A stretch of 64,000 nucleotides of DNA, from the IMG/VR virus record IMGVR_UViG_2904156775_000002, positions 11,714 through 75,713 of that record; one strand, given 5' to 3'. A program made the position numbers and the translations under genes. Below the pieces are notes generated by a model. It saw nothing but the letters and a program-made list of their open reading frames with translations, had not been told where the DNA came from and made no database searches. Every line of letters starts with the position of its first letter. The first letter of the stretch is position 1. Positions 1 to 9,637 of the stretch are shown here, piece after piece. Source of the DNA: a virus (Duplodnaviria > Caudoviricetes).

Positions 1-2
1 TC

Positions 3-464
3 ACCGAGTCCCTGCAATTTTTCTTCAAGGAAGAAGTAAAGTGCTTAATGGAATCATCCAGTCTCAGAATTGGAAAATCAGGCAGCATTGACCGCAACAA
101 CTTTGATGAAGTAGCTGCCGCCATACTTCAAGTCACGAATATGGAAAAGATTAAGATCGAACCGCTGCCTGAATTCAAATCGGATCGCCATAAAGATATC
201 TATCTAAAAATTATGGAAGGCCGGTCTCGAAACTCAGCAAAAGATGAACTGAATATGGCTACAGTCATTAATACTGTCATCCATGGAGGCAAATCCTTTA
301 TCCCATACGAGACAGTCAAAAAGATGACCTTAAACCAATTGCTTAACAGCTACAAGGCTATTCTGGAAATTGATTCATTCTTTATTAACTTTAATCAAGC
401 CTTAGCGGGAGCAGATTCGAAAAAAATCGATCTCACTCATTGGGCCAACAAAATTAAAATATAA
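3..464 (+). CDS. Phage morphogenesis protein, 5'-truncated by the window edge
   Basis: Frame is open from position 3 (TESLQFFFKEEVKCLME...); lies directly upstream of the major tail gene. Confidence 0.65.
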   Translation, partial: TESLQFFFKEEVKCLMESSSLRIGKSGSIDRNNFDEVAAAILQVTNMEKIKIEPLPEFKSDRHKDIYLKIMEGRSRNSAKDELNMATVINTVIHGGKSFIPYETVKKMTLNQLLNSYKAILEIDSFFINFNQALAGADSKKIDLTHWANKIKI

Positions 465-485
465 CCTTAAAGGAGATTTAAACCT

Positions 486-1238
486 ATGAACTATGGAATT
501 AAAGACGCCGCAAATCTAACGATCCGCAAGAAAGCTGATAAAAGCATTTTCCTCTATACTCCATACGCGAATGTAACAACAAATGAATGGACTAGTGATC
601 AAGTATATGCCAATGTGAAAGGCTCCCGTGCCATCCGTTGGGATAATAATAAACAAGGTAAGCTTACCGTCTCGTTGGAAGTATTTGATCTCAAATGGCT
701 TGCTATGCTGGCAGGCGCCGACTGGAGCAAAGGCAAGACGGATATGTTCGTTCGCAAAGAGCTAACTGCGGATGCCGCTAACAGCATTACCCTGCCTTCG
801 ACACCGAAAGTCGGCTCCCTCTCTGTCTTCCAACTGCTGGACGATAAGGTATCGCATGGCGAGGAGCAGCTGGTCGGCGATCCAGCGCAAAATGAAAATG
901 AATATACGCTGGCAGGCCAAAAGGTTACTTTGAACGCTGCAACAGCTCCTGAGAACGCTGTGTTTGTTGTTTACTACCAGGCGGAAACAGAAGTAACAGC
1001 GAAAACACTGGAGTTCAAAGCGAACAAACATCCAGAGGCTTTCGAAATTATTGGCGATACCTTCATTCGTCCAAAAGACGGCGGCGAAGACGAGTTTGTA
1101 CAAATGTTTTATCCGAATGCACGTCCAGTATCCAACTTCACGATTACGATGGATTCCGGCAATGTGACGAATTTGGAAATCGTATTCGATCTATTCCCTG
1201 ATGCCGATCAAAATCTTGCCGTCTACACACTGCTCTAA
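486..1238 (+). CDS. Major tail (tube) protein, SPbeta-like
   Basis: RBS aaggag; MNYGIKDAANLT...FEIIGDTFIR...SNFTITMD...LEIVFDL pattern; followed by a terminator and chaperone/TMP genes. Confidence 0.75.
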   Translation: MNYGIKDAANLTIRKKADKSIFLYTPYANVTTNEWTSDQVYANVKGSRAIRWDNNKQGKLTVSLEVFDLKWLAMLAGADWSKGKTDMFVRKELTADAANSITLPSTPKVGSLSVFQLLDDKVSHGEEQLVGDPAQNENEYTLAGQKVTLNAATAPENAVFVVYYQAETEVTAKTLEFKANKHPEAFEIIGDTFIRPKDGGEDEFVQMFYPNARPVSNFTITMDSGNVTNLEIVFDLFPDADQNLAVYTLL

Positions 1239-1267
1239 TCATACCTTCTTCGTTTAAGTTTAATCCT

Positions 1268-1310
1268 AAGAAGATGGCAGAGGATCCCCTCCCCTGCTAT
1301 CTTCTTTATT
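1268..1310 (+). terminator. Rho-independent terminator after the major tail gene
   Basis: aagaagatggcag...ctgctatcttctt stem followed by T-rich tail. Confidence 0.65.
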
Positions 1311-1320
1311 ATTTGAGGAG

Positions 1321-1869
1321 TTGAAATTCATGAAGCGAAAATCCAAAAAAATGACGGTTGATCATTTGATTCAAGAAGCCAAAACCTATGATGTACTTAA
1401 AAAAGTAACGTTTGAAGATGGCTTATATGCGGAAGTTTATACAAATTTTTCGATTGTCCGAATGGATGATGCCCTGGAGGACTATAGCAAATTCATTGCA
1501 GAATACAGCCAGCATCACCCCATAAAAGAAAGAAAAATGATCGACTACATCAACCTTCATATTCTGTTATGGTTCACAACACTTGCTGATCCCGAGCCTT
1601 ATTCATACGAAGAAAAGGTGCAGCTTTTCGAAATCATTCTAAAAAGCAAGTATGCGGAAACGATCTTCCTGGCCTTGGATCCCCAAGACATTCAAAAAGT
1701 CTATCAGCGTATGTTCAAGAAGCTTGAGACGCTTCAGGAGTTGGCCCAATCCAATGCGGAAGTTCGCACCCAATTTCTTGAGAGCCTACAAAGCTTGGAT
1801 ATAGAAAACAAAGATGAAATTATGAATTTGCTGTTAAAGCCGCATTCTGAACCCACAACATCTAAATAG
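1321..1869 (+). CDS. Putative tail assembly chaperone
   Basis: Helical 182 aa ORF between the major tail and tape measure genes. Confidence 0.55.
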   Translation: MKFMKRKSKKMTVDHLIQEAKTYDVLKKVTFEDGLYAEVYTNFSIVRMDDALEDYSKFIAEYSQHHPIKERKMIDYINLHILLWFTTLADPEPYSYEEKVQLFEIILKSKYAETIFLALDPQDIQKVYQRMFKKLETLQELAQSNAEVRTQFLESLQSLDIENKDEIMNLLLKPHSEPTTSK

Positions 1870-1879
1870 GAGCTCGATT

Positions 1880-2332
1880 ATGAAGAAAATCAAGTTTTAT
1901 ATTCATGAATTAGAGTATGCTATTCTTTTTCTCTATGAACTCAAATTAATCGATTACCATTCCCGGATGAAAACCCGATTCATCAAGCTTCTGACTGAAC
2001 GTTTCCAGCAATACAAGGACGAGTATTTTGAGCTGGTCAAGGAACATGCTCATTTGGATGAAGACGGAGAACCGCTCCTCATTGAAGACAGCACCCAACC
2101 ACGATATGACATCAAAGATATGGATAAATTTAAATTGGCCCTTATCCCCCTCCTTGAAGAAGAATTTATCATTGATGTCAACGAACATAATGAAAACATG
2201 ATGAAAAGCGTTACGAAGTCTATCCTTCATTGCGGCCTATCCTTCGGAGGGCAGGATCAGTTCCTATATGAATCGTTATGCAGCAAATTTGAAGAGTTGT
2301 CGGAAGATGATGGCTCTAACTATACGAAATAA
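1880..2332 (+). CDS. Phage protein, DUF1617-like
   Basis: SRMKTRFIKLL...ELVKEHAHLDEDGEP motif; RBS aggag. Confidence 0.55.
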   Translation: MKKIKFYIHELEYAILFLYELKLIDYHSRMKTRFIKLLTERFQQYKDEYFELVKEHAHLDEDGEPLLIEDSTQPRYDIKDMDKFKLALIPLLEEEFIIDVNEHNENMMKSVTKSILHCGLSFGGQDQFLYESLCSKFEELSEDDGSNYTK

Positions 2333-2416
2333 AAAATATTAGAATTCGGAGTGGAGAGGAATCGTTCATATTTGACTGCTCCACTTTTTTGAGTCACGAA
2401 AGAGGTGTAATCAAAT

Positions 2417-5400
2417 ATGTCAGAATCAGATCAAGTTAGGCTAAGTGCCGATTTAAATCGCGATGTATCCGTGCAAAATATTAATAAGAGCATTAAGGCT
2501 GTTGAAAGTAATCCCTTACTCAAACAATTTCGAGTGAAAATTGATGTCAACCAAGATGAACTGAATCAATTAATGAACTTTATGAATCCTACAGCTAATC
2601 AAGCTGTTATAAAAGATGCGCCTGCAACGGAAACGAAGAAAAAAACGTTGAGTAGTATTAATAAGGGCATCCAGCACATTCCTGCCTGGTTTGAAACTGC
2701 ACGTTTTCTGCTGGATCCATTAGTAGCTGGAATGAAAGCAGCCATTCAAACTATCGTTCAAGTCGACAATCAGATCATCGAGCTGAAGCGAAGCATGAAT
2801 GAAGAAACAAACTTCGACAACCTGCTTCTCAAAAGCACCGAACTGGCAAAGGAGCTTGGCCGTTCGCTTACGGATGTTAATCAGGTGATGATCGAGCTTG
2901 CTCAGCAGGGCTTTAACGAAGATCAAATGTTAAGCCTTGCGAACTCCGTAACCGTTGCCCAGAATGTCAGCAAGCTTGACTCCAAGGAAGCTATTGATAC
3001 CATTGCGATCGCAATGTCGGCTTTCAATATTGAAGCTGATAAATCCATAGGAATTGTTGATAAGCTCGTTGCCATTAACTCCAGCTTTTCCGTAGCATCC
3101 AATGAACTTGCACAAGCACTGCAGCTTACATCTAGCACGGGAGACGCCTTTGGTGTAACTCTTGAAAACCTGCTTGGGGATGCGACAGCTATCATGCAAG
3201 TGACCAAGGAGTCCGGCAACGTCACAGGCGACGCTCTGAATACGATTTACTCCCGGCTGACCACAGTTGAGCCCGCTGTAGATACACTTAAACAACTAGG
3301 TATTAACATTACCCAAGCCAATGGCTTGTTTAAATCTTCCACACAAATCTTGGATGAGGTAGCACGTAAATTCGGAACATTGAATGATGAAGCAAAGTTA
3401 AATGCTTCTATCACGCTGGCAGGGCAAGACTATCATAGACAATTTCTCGCATTGATGGATAACCGCAATGTTGCACATGAAGCGGCAGCTAAAGCGATGT
3501 ATTCTGAAGGCAGCGCTATGAATGAACAAGCCTCATATATGCAGTCCTACGAGGGACGAATTGTCCAAATGAAGGCCGCTTGGCAAGAATTTTCGCTTGC
3601 AATGGGCAATGCTATCTTAAGTGATTCATTAATTATGATAACTTCCGCGTTAACTGAAATGGCTAACATATTTAGCTCGGTTGTTAGACATATAGGTTTC
3701 CTTCCTCCTGTTTTAGGTACAGTCGCAACCGCGCTCGCAGTATTGAGCCCAAATTTCAGAACAGCTACTATTGCAGTTATAACTTTTGGCAACGGCATAA
3801 AAGCATTAGGAGTCTCGGCAAAAAGTGCAACGGTGGCTCTCCGTTCATTAGGAGCTGCAACGGTAGTCGGCGCTGTATTTGTTGCAATTGGCTTTGCTCT
3901 TGAGGGCCTTATGAAGCTATTCAGCAAGTCAAAGGAATCGCAAGAGGATTACTTTGATTCACTGAAGCAGAATATGAACGAGACGAGCCAAAAGATAGCC
4001 AGTTTAAAAGAATTGCAACGGCAATTGCATGACAGCAACAGCTCACAAGAGGAACTACAAAACACTTATAAGCAGCTTGGTTCCATCATGCCTGAAGTGA
4101 TTAGTCATTATGATAAACATGGCAATATCGTCTATAAGAGCAAAGAAGCGATTGACGAATTAATCAAATCTCAAAGAGAACTTTATGCGCTTCAACAGAA
4201 AAATGCAGCTTTTAAAATGAAGGACTCTGTCCCTGGCATAACTGAAGAGATGGAGAAAAGCAACAAAAATAAAAATAAGTTATCCAAACAAGCCAATGAG
4301 CAGTTGGCCCGAGAGGAATCTTATACGTTTCTCAAAAAGTTTGGCGATGAAACGAATGTATTCGATTTTACTTCCAATTACCAAGAAGATTTAAAAACGT
4401 TAAAAGAAGAATTAAAAAACATTTATAGCAAACACGGATTAGAAGGCTCCATTTTATCTGGCACACTAAGCGAAAATTTTGATTTAAGAAACTTGTATGG
4501 AGCAATTGATGAGGACACTTTTAAAAGTATTCAATCTAGACTCTCAAAAATCAATGGCGAAATCGCTGTAGAAACAGAAAACATTAAGAAAAGCACCCAT
4601 GAGTATAATTACATTCTTAAAACTATTGGCCAAGCAGAAACTATTGATGGCGACCAAAATTTATCTCTATTTTTCAACCAATTGGCTGATGCCTTTACGA
4701 AGCATGAATCCTTTGCTACGAAAACTGAAGAAGAGCTCAATGCTTTTGCCAATAGCTATCAATCCACAATAAGCAACGTTGCTGCCTACATTAAAGATAA
4801 TAAAATAGACATTTCGCAAATGCTACAAACCGGGAATATGGATGAACTTGTAAATGCCTTCCCACAACTATCTGAACATTTCGGTCTGCTCTCAACATCC
4901 ATACAACAATCTGCCAATACCAGTAAAACTTTATTTCCTGTCTATGACGAACTTAAGAGACATATTGGTAATGTAAGCAGCAAATCAGATGCCGCAGCCA
5001 AAGGAATTAGGATTCTCGATGCTCAGATGGACTCTGCCACAGGTGCAGTCAAGTATGTAGGGAAAGTGGTTGATTCCAAGGAAGCAATGGAGGATCATAA
5101 CCGAAAGCTTCAGGAAACCGTAAATTCGATTTCTAAACTGGAATCTGCTTACAATACGTTACAAAGCGGACAAGAACTCTCACTAAGCTCTACATTAAGT
5201 CTTCTTGAAGAATTCCCTGAACTTCTGTCATACGTCGACCAACATACGGGTGCATTAAAATTAGAAGGAAATGTAATAGAGGAAATTGCAAACCAACGCA
5301 GAAAAGCACGACTTGAGGAAATTAAAGATCGCCTTGAAGATCTTAAAAGTACCCATAGTGAATTGGAAACCAAGCGTGACATGTATTTGCAGTTTTATCA

Positions 5401-7669
5401 AGCCATGGCTGGCCATATGCCTGAAAATGTACTCCAATCTACCAAAGATAAAATGTTTACTGCTGAAGAAAAGGCAAAATTCGATGATTATCAAAAAAAA
5501 GTGGATCTATTAAATGGGCAAATTGCGGCACTTTCAAAACCAATCGTTTTCAAAAGTCCCTCCGGCAAAGGCGGCTCCTCTTCAACTTCTTCGGTTTCCG
5601 ATGACCCGAAGAGCAAGGATATTACAGACGCCAAGATAAACTCTATTAACAATCTTGCTCTCACGCAACAGAAGGTAAATGATCTGCTGGAACAAAGCAT
5701 CTCCAAAGAAGAAGCTTACTCCAATCAAATTCAGAAAACGAGCAAATTAATATCCGGCAAGACAGAAGAAATGAAGCTTCTTCAAGATGCCAATAAAGAG
5801 TTGCTTAATGAGCAGAAGCTGCTTGAAAAGGAGAACACCTATAACAAGCCTATCTCCACCTGGTATGATCAGAATGGCAATGCCAGCGAAGAGTTTATTA
5901 AACTATACAATAAACTAACCTCAGGAAAAGCCCAAGAAAGCCTTCAGGAACTATTCGATAAATACAAAAAATTTGATGATGCCATTAAATCCAATAAATC
6001 CAGTATTGGAGACTTAACCAAAGAGAACGCAAACTTATTAGCCTCTCTGGATGAGCTAAAGCTTGCTTATACGCAAAACTATTTGAACACACGCAATGCT
6101 GAGGTCGATACCTATAACCAGAAGCTTAAGAAATCACGCCAGGTTCAGTCCACATATGAGGAGAATTCGCCGCTCTGGATTAAAGAACAAGAAAAACAAA
6201 TTAAGTTATTGAATGAAAAGAAACAAGCGCTTCATGAAGAAAACAACTGGATACGCGCAAGACAGGAAGCCAATAATTCAGCCAAAAATTCCGAGAAATT
6301 AACCACAGAGCAAATCGAACTGCTTAACAAGCAATTGGAAGCAAACTCTGACGCCTGGTACGAAACAGTAACTGCGATTACGTCCGCTACTAAGTCCCTG
6401 GATAACTATCGGGAGAAAAGTGCGGACAAAGTGATTGCCGATTACAAAAAAATGCTGGAACAGCAACGCGATCTTGAGCTAAGCGTAATCGACTCACGCA
6501 TGAATGACGAGGATCAACGTCATAAGCGTGTGATGGACAACTACAAAAATGAACGCGATAGTCTGAAAGAAACTATTGATGCGCAATTAAAAGCATTCAA
6601 CCGCACCAACGCAACAGAAGATTATGACAGAGAAATTAATAAGCTTCTTGAAGAAGAATCGCAAATTCAAAAGAAAATAAATGAGATTAGCCACAATAAT
6701 TCTTATGAAGACAAGGCGAAGAGAAACGATCTAGAGGAACAACTAGCCAACGTTCAGGAACAGATTGAGGGTAAGCAACGCGAACGAGGCAGAACGCTCC
6801 AAAAGGAAGCTTTGGATGATTTGTTGGAAGACCGGGAACAGCATATCAGTAACCTAGAGCAAACCGAGGATACCCTCTATCAGAAAACAAAAGATAAGCT
6901 TAATGATGAAAAGGAACTGCGGCAGATCCATTGGAAATCTGTGCTGGGAAATGAAAGCGAGTTTTATAATCTTAAGCAACAGTTAATGAGTAACGATGTA
7001 TTGCAAGTGGAATCCGCCTTAACTACCATTCGTGGAAAATATGATGAATTCTTCTCTTACTTACGTTCTAATTCAGGTTTTCTAGGAGAAATGTTCGGCA
7101 CAATCAATTCCAATACGCAAACGGATTACAAAGATCTTGATAAGATGCCCCTCCCTTCCGCCAATCAAAAGAGCGAAAAGGAAAAAGCTTGGGAAGAATA
7201 TCTAAACAATAAGAAGAAAGCGGAAGCCATTAAAAATTCATCCGATCCCGAATTCCAGAGACTTAAGGCGATCAATACAGCGCTTCGGGAAAAATGGGGA
7301 TTCGAAGATGGAAGCTATGAAAAGCTTAAAAATGTTAAAACCTATCATCAAGGCGGCGAAGTTGGCGTTGAAGGTACTACCACGCAGAAATGGTGGGAAG
7401 ACACGCTGCAATCGAATGAAGAGTTCGCTGTTTTGAAAAAAGGTGAAGTTGTGCTGCATAACCCGCTTTCCTTCATTAAAGATTTACCAATTCGATTAAT
7501 GAATACCGTAACAGGGCTAGCTTCAAAAACGCAAACCATTGCAGCATCTTCTGGAACCGTCATTGAAAATATAAGCGTGGTGCTGCAAGGCACAGTCCAG
7601 GACGGCTCGAACTTCTCCGACCTATTCGTAGATGGTCTGAACCGCAAAGGCATTCGAATTGGTCGTTAA
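2417..7669 (+). CDS. Tail tape measure protein (TP901-type core)
   Basis: 1750 aa; TP901-like core (IVDKLVAINSSFSVASNELAQAL...GDALNTIYSRL), hydrophobic segment, long coiled coil, C-terminal YHQGGEVG...EEFAVLKKGEVVL. Confidence 0.92.
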   Translation: MSESDQVRLSADLNRDVSVQNINKSIKAVESNPLLKQFRVKIDVNQDELNQLMNFMNPTANQAVIKDAPATETKKKTLSSINKGIQHIPAWFETARFLLDPLVAGMKAAIQTIVQVDNQIIELKRSMNEETNFDNLLLKSTELAKELGRSLTDVNQVMIELAQQGFNEDQMLSLANSVTVAQNVSKLDSKEAIDTIAIAMSAFNIEADKSIGIVDKLVAINSSFSVASNELAQALQLTSSTGDAFGVTLENLLGDATAIMQVTKESGNVTGDALNTIYSRLTTVEPAVDTLKQLGINITQANGLFKSSTQILDEVARKFGTLNDEAKLNASITLAGQDYHRQFLALMDNRNVAHEAAAKAMYSEGSAMNEQASYMQSYEGRIVQMKAAWQEFSLAMGNAILSDSLIMITSALTEMANIFSSVVRHIGFLPPVLGTVATALAVLSPNFRTATIAVITFGNGIKALGVSAKSATVALRSLGAATVVGAVFVAIGFALEGLMKLFSKSKESQEDYFDSLKQNMNETSQKIASLKELQRQLHDSNSSQEELQNTYKQLGSIMPEVISHYDKHGNIVYKSKEAIDELIKSQRELYALQQKNAAFKMKDSVPGITEEMEKSNKNKNKLSKQANEQLAREESYTFLKKFGDETNVFDFTSNYQEDLKTLKEELKNIYSKHGLEGSILSGTLSENFDLRNLYGAIDEDTFKSIQSRLSKINGEIAVETENIKKSTHEYNYILKTIGQAETIDGDQNLSLFFNQLADAFTKHESFATKTEEELNAFANSYQSTISNVAAYIKDNKIDISQMLQTGNMDELVNAFPQLSEHFGLLSTSIQQSANTSKTLFPVYDELKRHIGNVSSKSDAAAKGIRILDAQMDSATGAVKYVGKVVDSKEAMEDHNRKLQETVNSISKLESAYNTLQSGQELSLSSTLSLLEEFPELLSYVDQHTGALKLEGNVIEEIANQRRKARLEEIKDRLEDLKSTHSELETKRDMYLQFYQAMAGHMPENVLQSTKDKMFTAEEKAKFDDYQKKVDLLNGQIAALSKPIVFKSPSGKGGSSSTSSVSDDPKSKDITDAKINSINNLALTQQKVNDLLEQSISKEEAYSNQIQKTSKLISGKTEEMKLLQDANKELLNEQKLLEKENTYNKPISTWYDQNGNASEEFIKLYNKLTSGKAQESLQELFDKYKKFDDAIKSNKSSIGDLTKENANLLASLDELKLAYTQNYLNTRNAEVDTYNQKLKKSRQVQSTYEENSPLWIKEQEKQIKLLNEKKQALHEENNWIRARQEANNSAKNSEKLTTEQIELLNKQLEANSDAWYETVTAITSATKSLDNYREKSADKVIADYKKMLEQQRDLELSVIDSRMNDEDQRHKRVMDNYKNERDSLKETIDAQLKAFNRTNATEDYDREINKLLEEESQIQKKINEISHNNSYEDKAKRNDLEEQLANVQEQIEGKQRERGRTLQKEALDDLLEDREQHISNLEQTEDTLYQKTKDKLNDEKELRQIHWKSVLGNESEFYNLKQQLMSNDVLQVESALTTIRGKYDEFFSYLRSNSGFLGEMFGTINSNTQTDYKDLDKMPLPSANQKSEKEKAWEEYLNNKKKAEAIKNSSDPEFQRLKAINTALREKWGFEDGSYEKLKNVKTYHQGGEVGVEGTTTQKWWEDTLQSNEEFAVLKKGEVVLHNPLSFIKDLPIRLMNTVTGLASKTQTIAASSGTVIENISVVLQGTVQDGSNFSDLFVDGLNRKGIRIGR

Positions 7670-7710
7670 TAAATATATGAAATACAAATTTGTTTGTTGG
7701 ATGTGATGAA

Positions 7711-8310
7711 TTGACGATTTATGATTCAGCTTACTTCACCTTTAATTCTGTACGTTCAAAAGACTTGAGCATGCTTAATGTTACACTTGACGGAAGTATG
7801 CAGGAAGAGTATTTGGGAGCTTCGCAATCCATCTTGGAGGACAAAATTAAAGGCAGGCATAAGCCATACTTTCAAGGTATTGAGAAGAAACCGCTTGAAT
7901 TAACCGTACATTTTGCCTTCGAGAATGGCTGGACTACAGAAGAATTGCGATCTATTAGAAGATGGCTGACGGAGCCAACCTACTATGTTCCGCTCACCTT
8001 CTCTAATGATCCGGAAAAAATCTATTATGTTTTATATATTGATGATCCCTACTTGCTTCACAACTCGGCTTCTCAAGGATATGTGACATTACGCTTTCGA
8101 TGCAATGATTCCTATGCTTACTCCCCTCTTATGACTTCCCCGATCTATGATTGGGCAGAAAATGTGCAGACCATCCGCCATCAAGATTTTTCAGCTGGAG
8201 AATTATTGGGGATTGTTCAGGATGCTTCCGGACGTCTCTCTCTCACTCCGGATGTATTTAAGTGGAGTGACCTCCCAGCTAGTGCGGTATGGAGTGACAT
8301 TTTCAAATAA
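7711..8310 (+). CDS. Distal tail protein (Dit), N-terminal half
   Basis: YFTFNSVRSKDL...KPYFQGIEKKPLEL...IRRWL...GYVTLRFRCNDSYAYSP; immediately after TMP; TTG start inferred. Confidence 0.75.
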   Translation: MTIYDSAYFTFNSVRSKDLSMLNVTLDGSMQEEYLGASQSILEDKIKGRHKPYFQGIEKKPLELTVHFAFENGWTTEELRSIRRWLTEPTYYVPLTFSNDPEKIYYVLYIDDPYLLHNSASQGYVTLRFRCNDSYAYSPLMTSPIYDWAENVQTIRHQDFSAGELLGIVQDASGRLSLTPDVFKWSDLPASAVWSDIFK

Positions 8311-8334
8311 CTTAGAAAGGCAGGTAAATAATCG

Positions 8335-8970
8335 ATGTCAACACTAACGCAAAATCTAAAATTAATTAAACCGGAACTAAGCGATAATGGCCGACAGACT
8401 ATCTTGGATCTTGCCTCCAACATGGACAAGCTGGATGAAGCCTCTGAGGTATCCTCCCTATCTATTCCGGAATCCGGTTACTGGAACAAGCAAAAGAAAA
8501 TCTATTACAGCAATCCTCAGATTGGCGGATATGTAGGTGCCGTAAATATTCGTTCTGGTCAAGCCGCGCCAAAATGGTCCTCGCTGCGCCGTGTTGTTGT
8601 AGGTGATCCTATTGTTCCGTCGCAAGATAACGGTCATTACTATGTGTGCACCCAATCCGGGCATAGCGCGCCTTATGAGCCAACATGGCAGATCGCAGCC
8701 GGTTCCGTGACAGAAGATACAAAAAACAAAGCGGTATGGAGGCCGCAGCAGGTCTATCGCGAAAATGATATCGTCGTGCCGACTTTCCCAAGCGATCGCT
8801 TCTATGTATGTACGATAGCCGGCACTTCGGGAGCAAGCGAGCCGAATTGGTCTACCACAGATGGAAATGCAACTAGGGATGCCGGCATCATCTGGATGGC
8901 CTATCGGATCGTAAAATGGAAAGAATCCGGTACTGCCGCCCATTTCCGTCCTTTTGGAAAGATTGAGTAG
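8335..8970 (+). CDS. Tail-associated protein with two Trp-rich carbohydrate-binding-like repeats
   Basis: Two copies of W..x..VVP...YVCT..G.S...EP.W; N-terminal TQNLKLIKPEL fibre-like motif; RBS aaggcagg. Confidence 0.6.
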   Translation: MSTLTQNLKLIKPELSDNGRQTILDLASNMDKLDEASEVSSLSIPESGYWNKQKKIYYSNPQIGGYVGAVNIRSGQAAPKWSSLRRVVVGDPIVPSQDNGHYYVCTQSGHSAPYEPTWQIAAGSVTEDTKNKAVWRPQQVYRENDIVVPTFPSDRFYVCTIAGTSGASEPNWSTTDGNATRDAGIIWMAYRIVKWKESGTAAHFRPFGKIE

Positions 8971-8978
8971 GTGGTCTT

Positions 8979-9617
8979 ATGTTAACCTGGATAGATCTAC
9001 TCGGTATGAAAGGATATTACCAATCCGAACCCATCATGCTTGCTGTTGATGGTGATGGCGCAATCAATCATATGCACTGGAACGCTAGCGCACCGCCAGA
9101 TACATCCGTTGTTGTATTCACCTCGATTTCCTATGACGGAGGATATGAGTGGACAGAATGGCTTCAAGCTGTTAATGGAAGCTCCATTCCAGGTATTCTG
9201 CCTCACTCGCCAATCGGAGGCTTGATGCTCAGATATCGAATACTTTTAAGTACAGATCATCCTACAGTGACTCCTGTCTTCGGGGATATCACCTTTACGT
9301 TTGAGCCTGTTATTGTAGTGGACAATAAAGGAGATACAGAGTGCAAACCAGAGGTTTGGATCACCAAAACAGGTGCTGGTGACTTTGCGCTTACGAACAC
9401 CAGTCATATGAATAAAGAATTTAAATTCAGACAACTGAATAATAAAGAAACCGTATATGTGAACAACGAGCTGGAGTATATCGAGTCAGACCTCCCCATG
9501 GTCTACCGTTACTCTAATTTTAACGATCAATACTTAACGCTCTCGCAGGGAAAAAATGTATTCCGTGTAAAAGGAAATGCGAAGATTCAATTCCGCTATC
9601 AATTTAAGCTCATCTAG
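8979..9617 (+). CDS. Distal tail protein (Dit), C-terminal half with extra N-terminal domain
   Basis: C-terminus VVDNKGDTECKPEVWI...YRYSNFNDQYLTLSQGKNVFRVKGNAKIQFRYQF resembles a Dit C-terminal domain. Confidence 0.65.
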   Translation: MLTWIDLLGMKGYYQSEPIMLAVDGDGAINHMHWNASAPPDTSVVVFTSISYDGGYEWTEWLQAVNGSSIPGILPHSPIGGLMLRYRILLSTDHPTVTPVFGDITFTFEPVIVVDNKGDTECKPEVWITKTGAGDFALTNTSHMNKEFKFRQLNNKETVYVNNELEYIESDLPMVYRYSNFNDQYLTLSQGKNVFRVKGNAKIQFRYQFKLI

Positions 9618-9637
9618 ATTAGAAAGGAGGTGATAAC

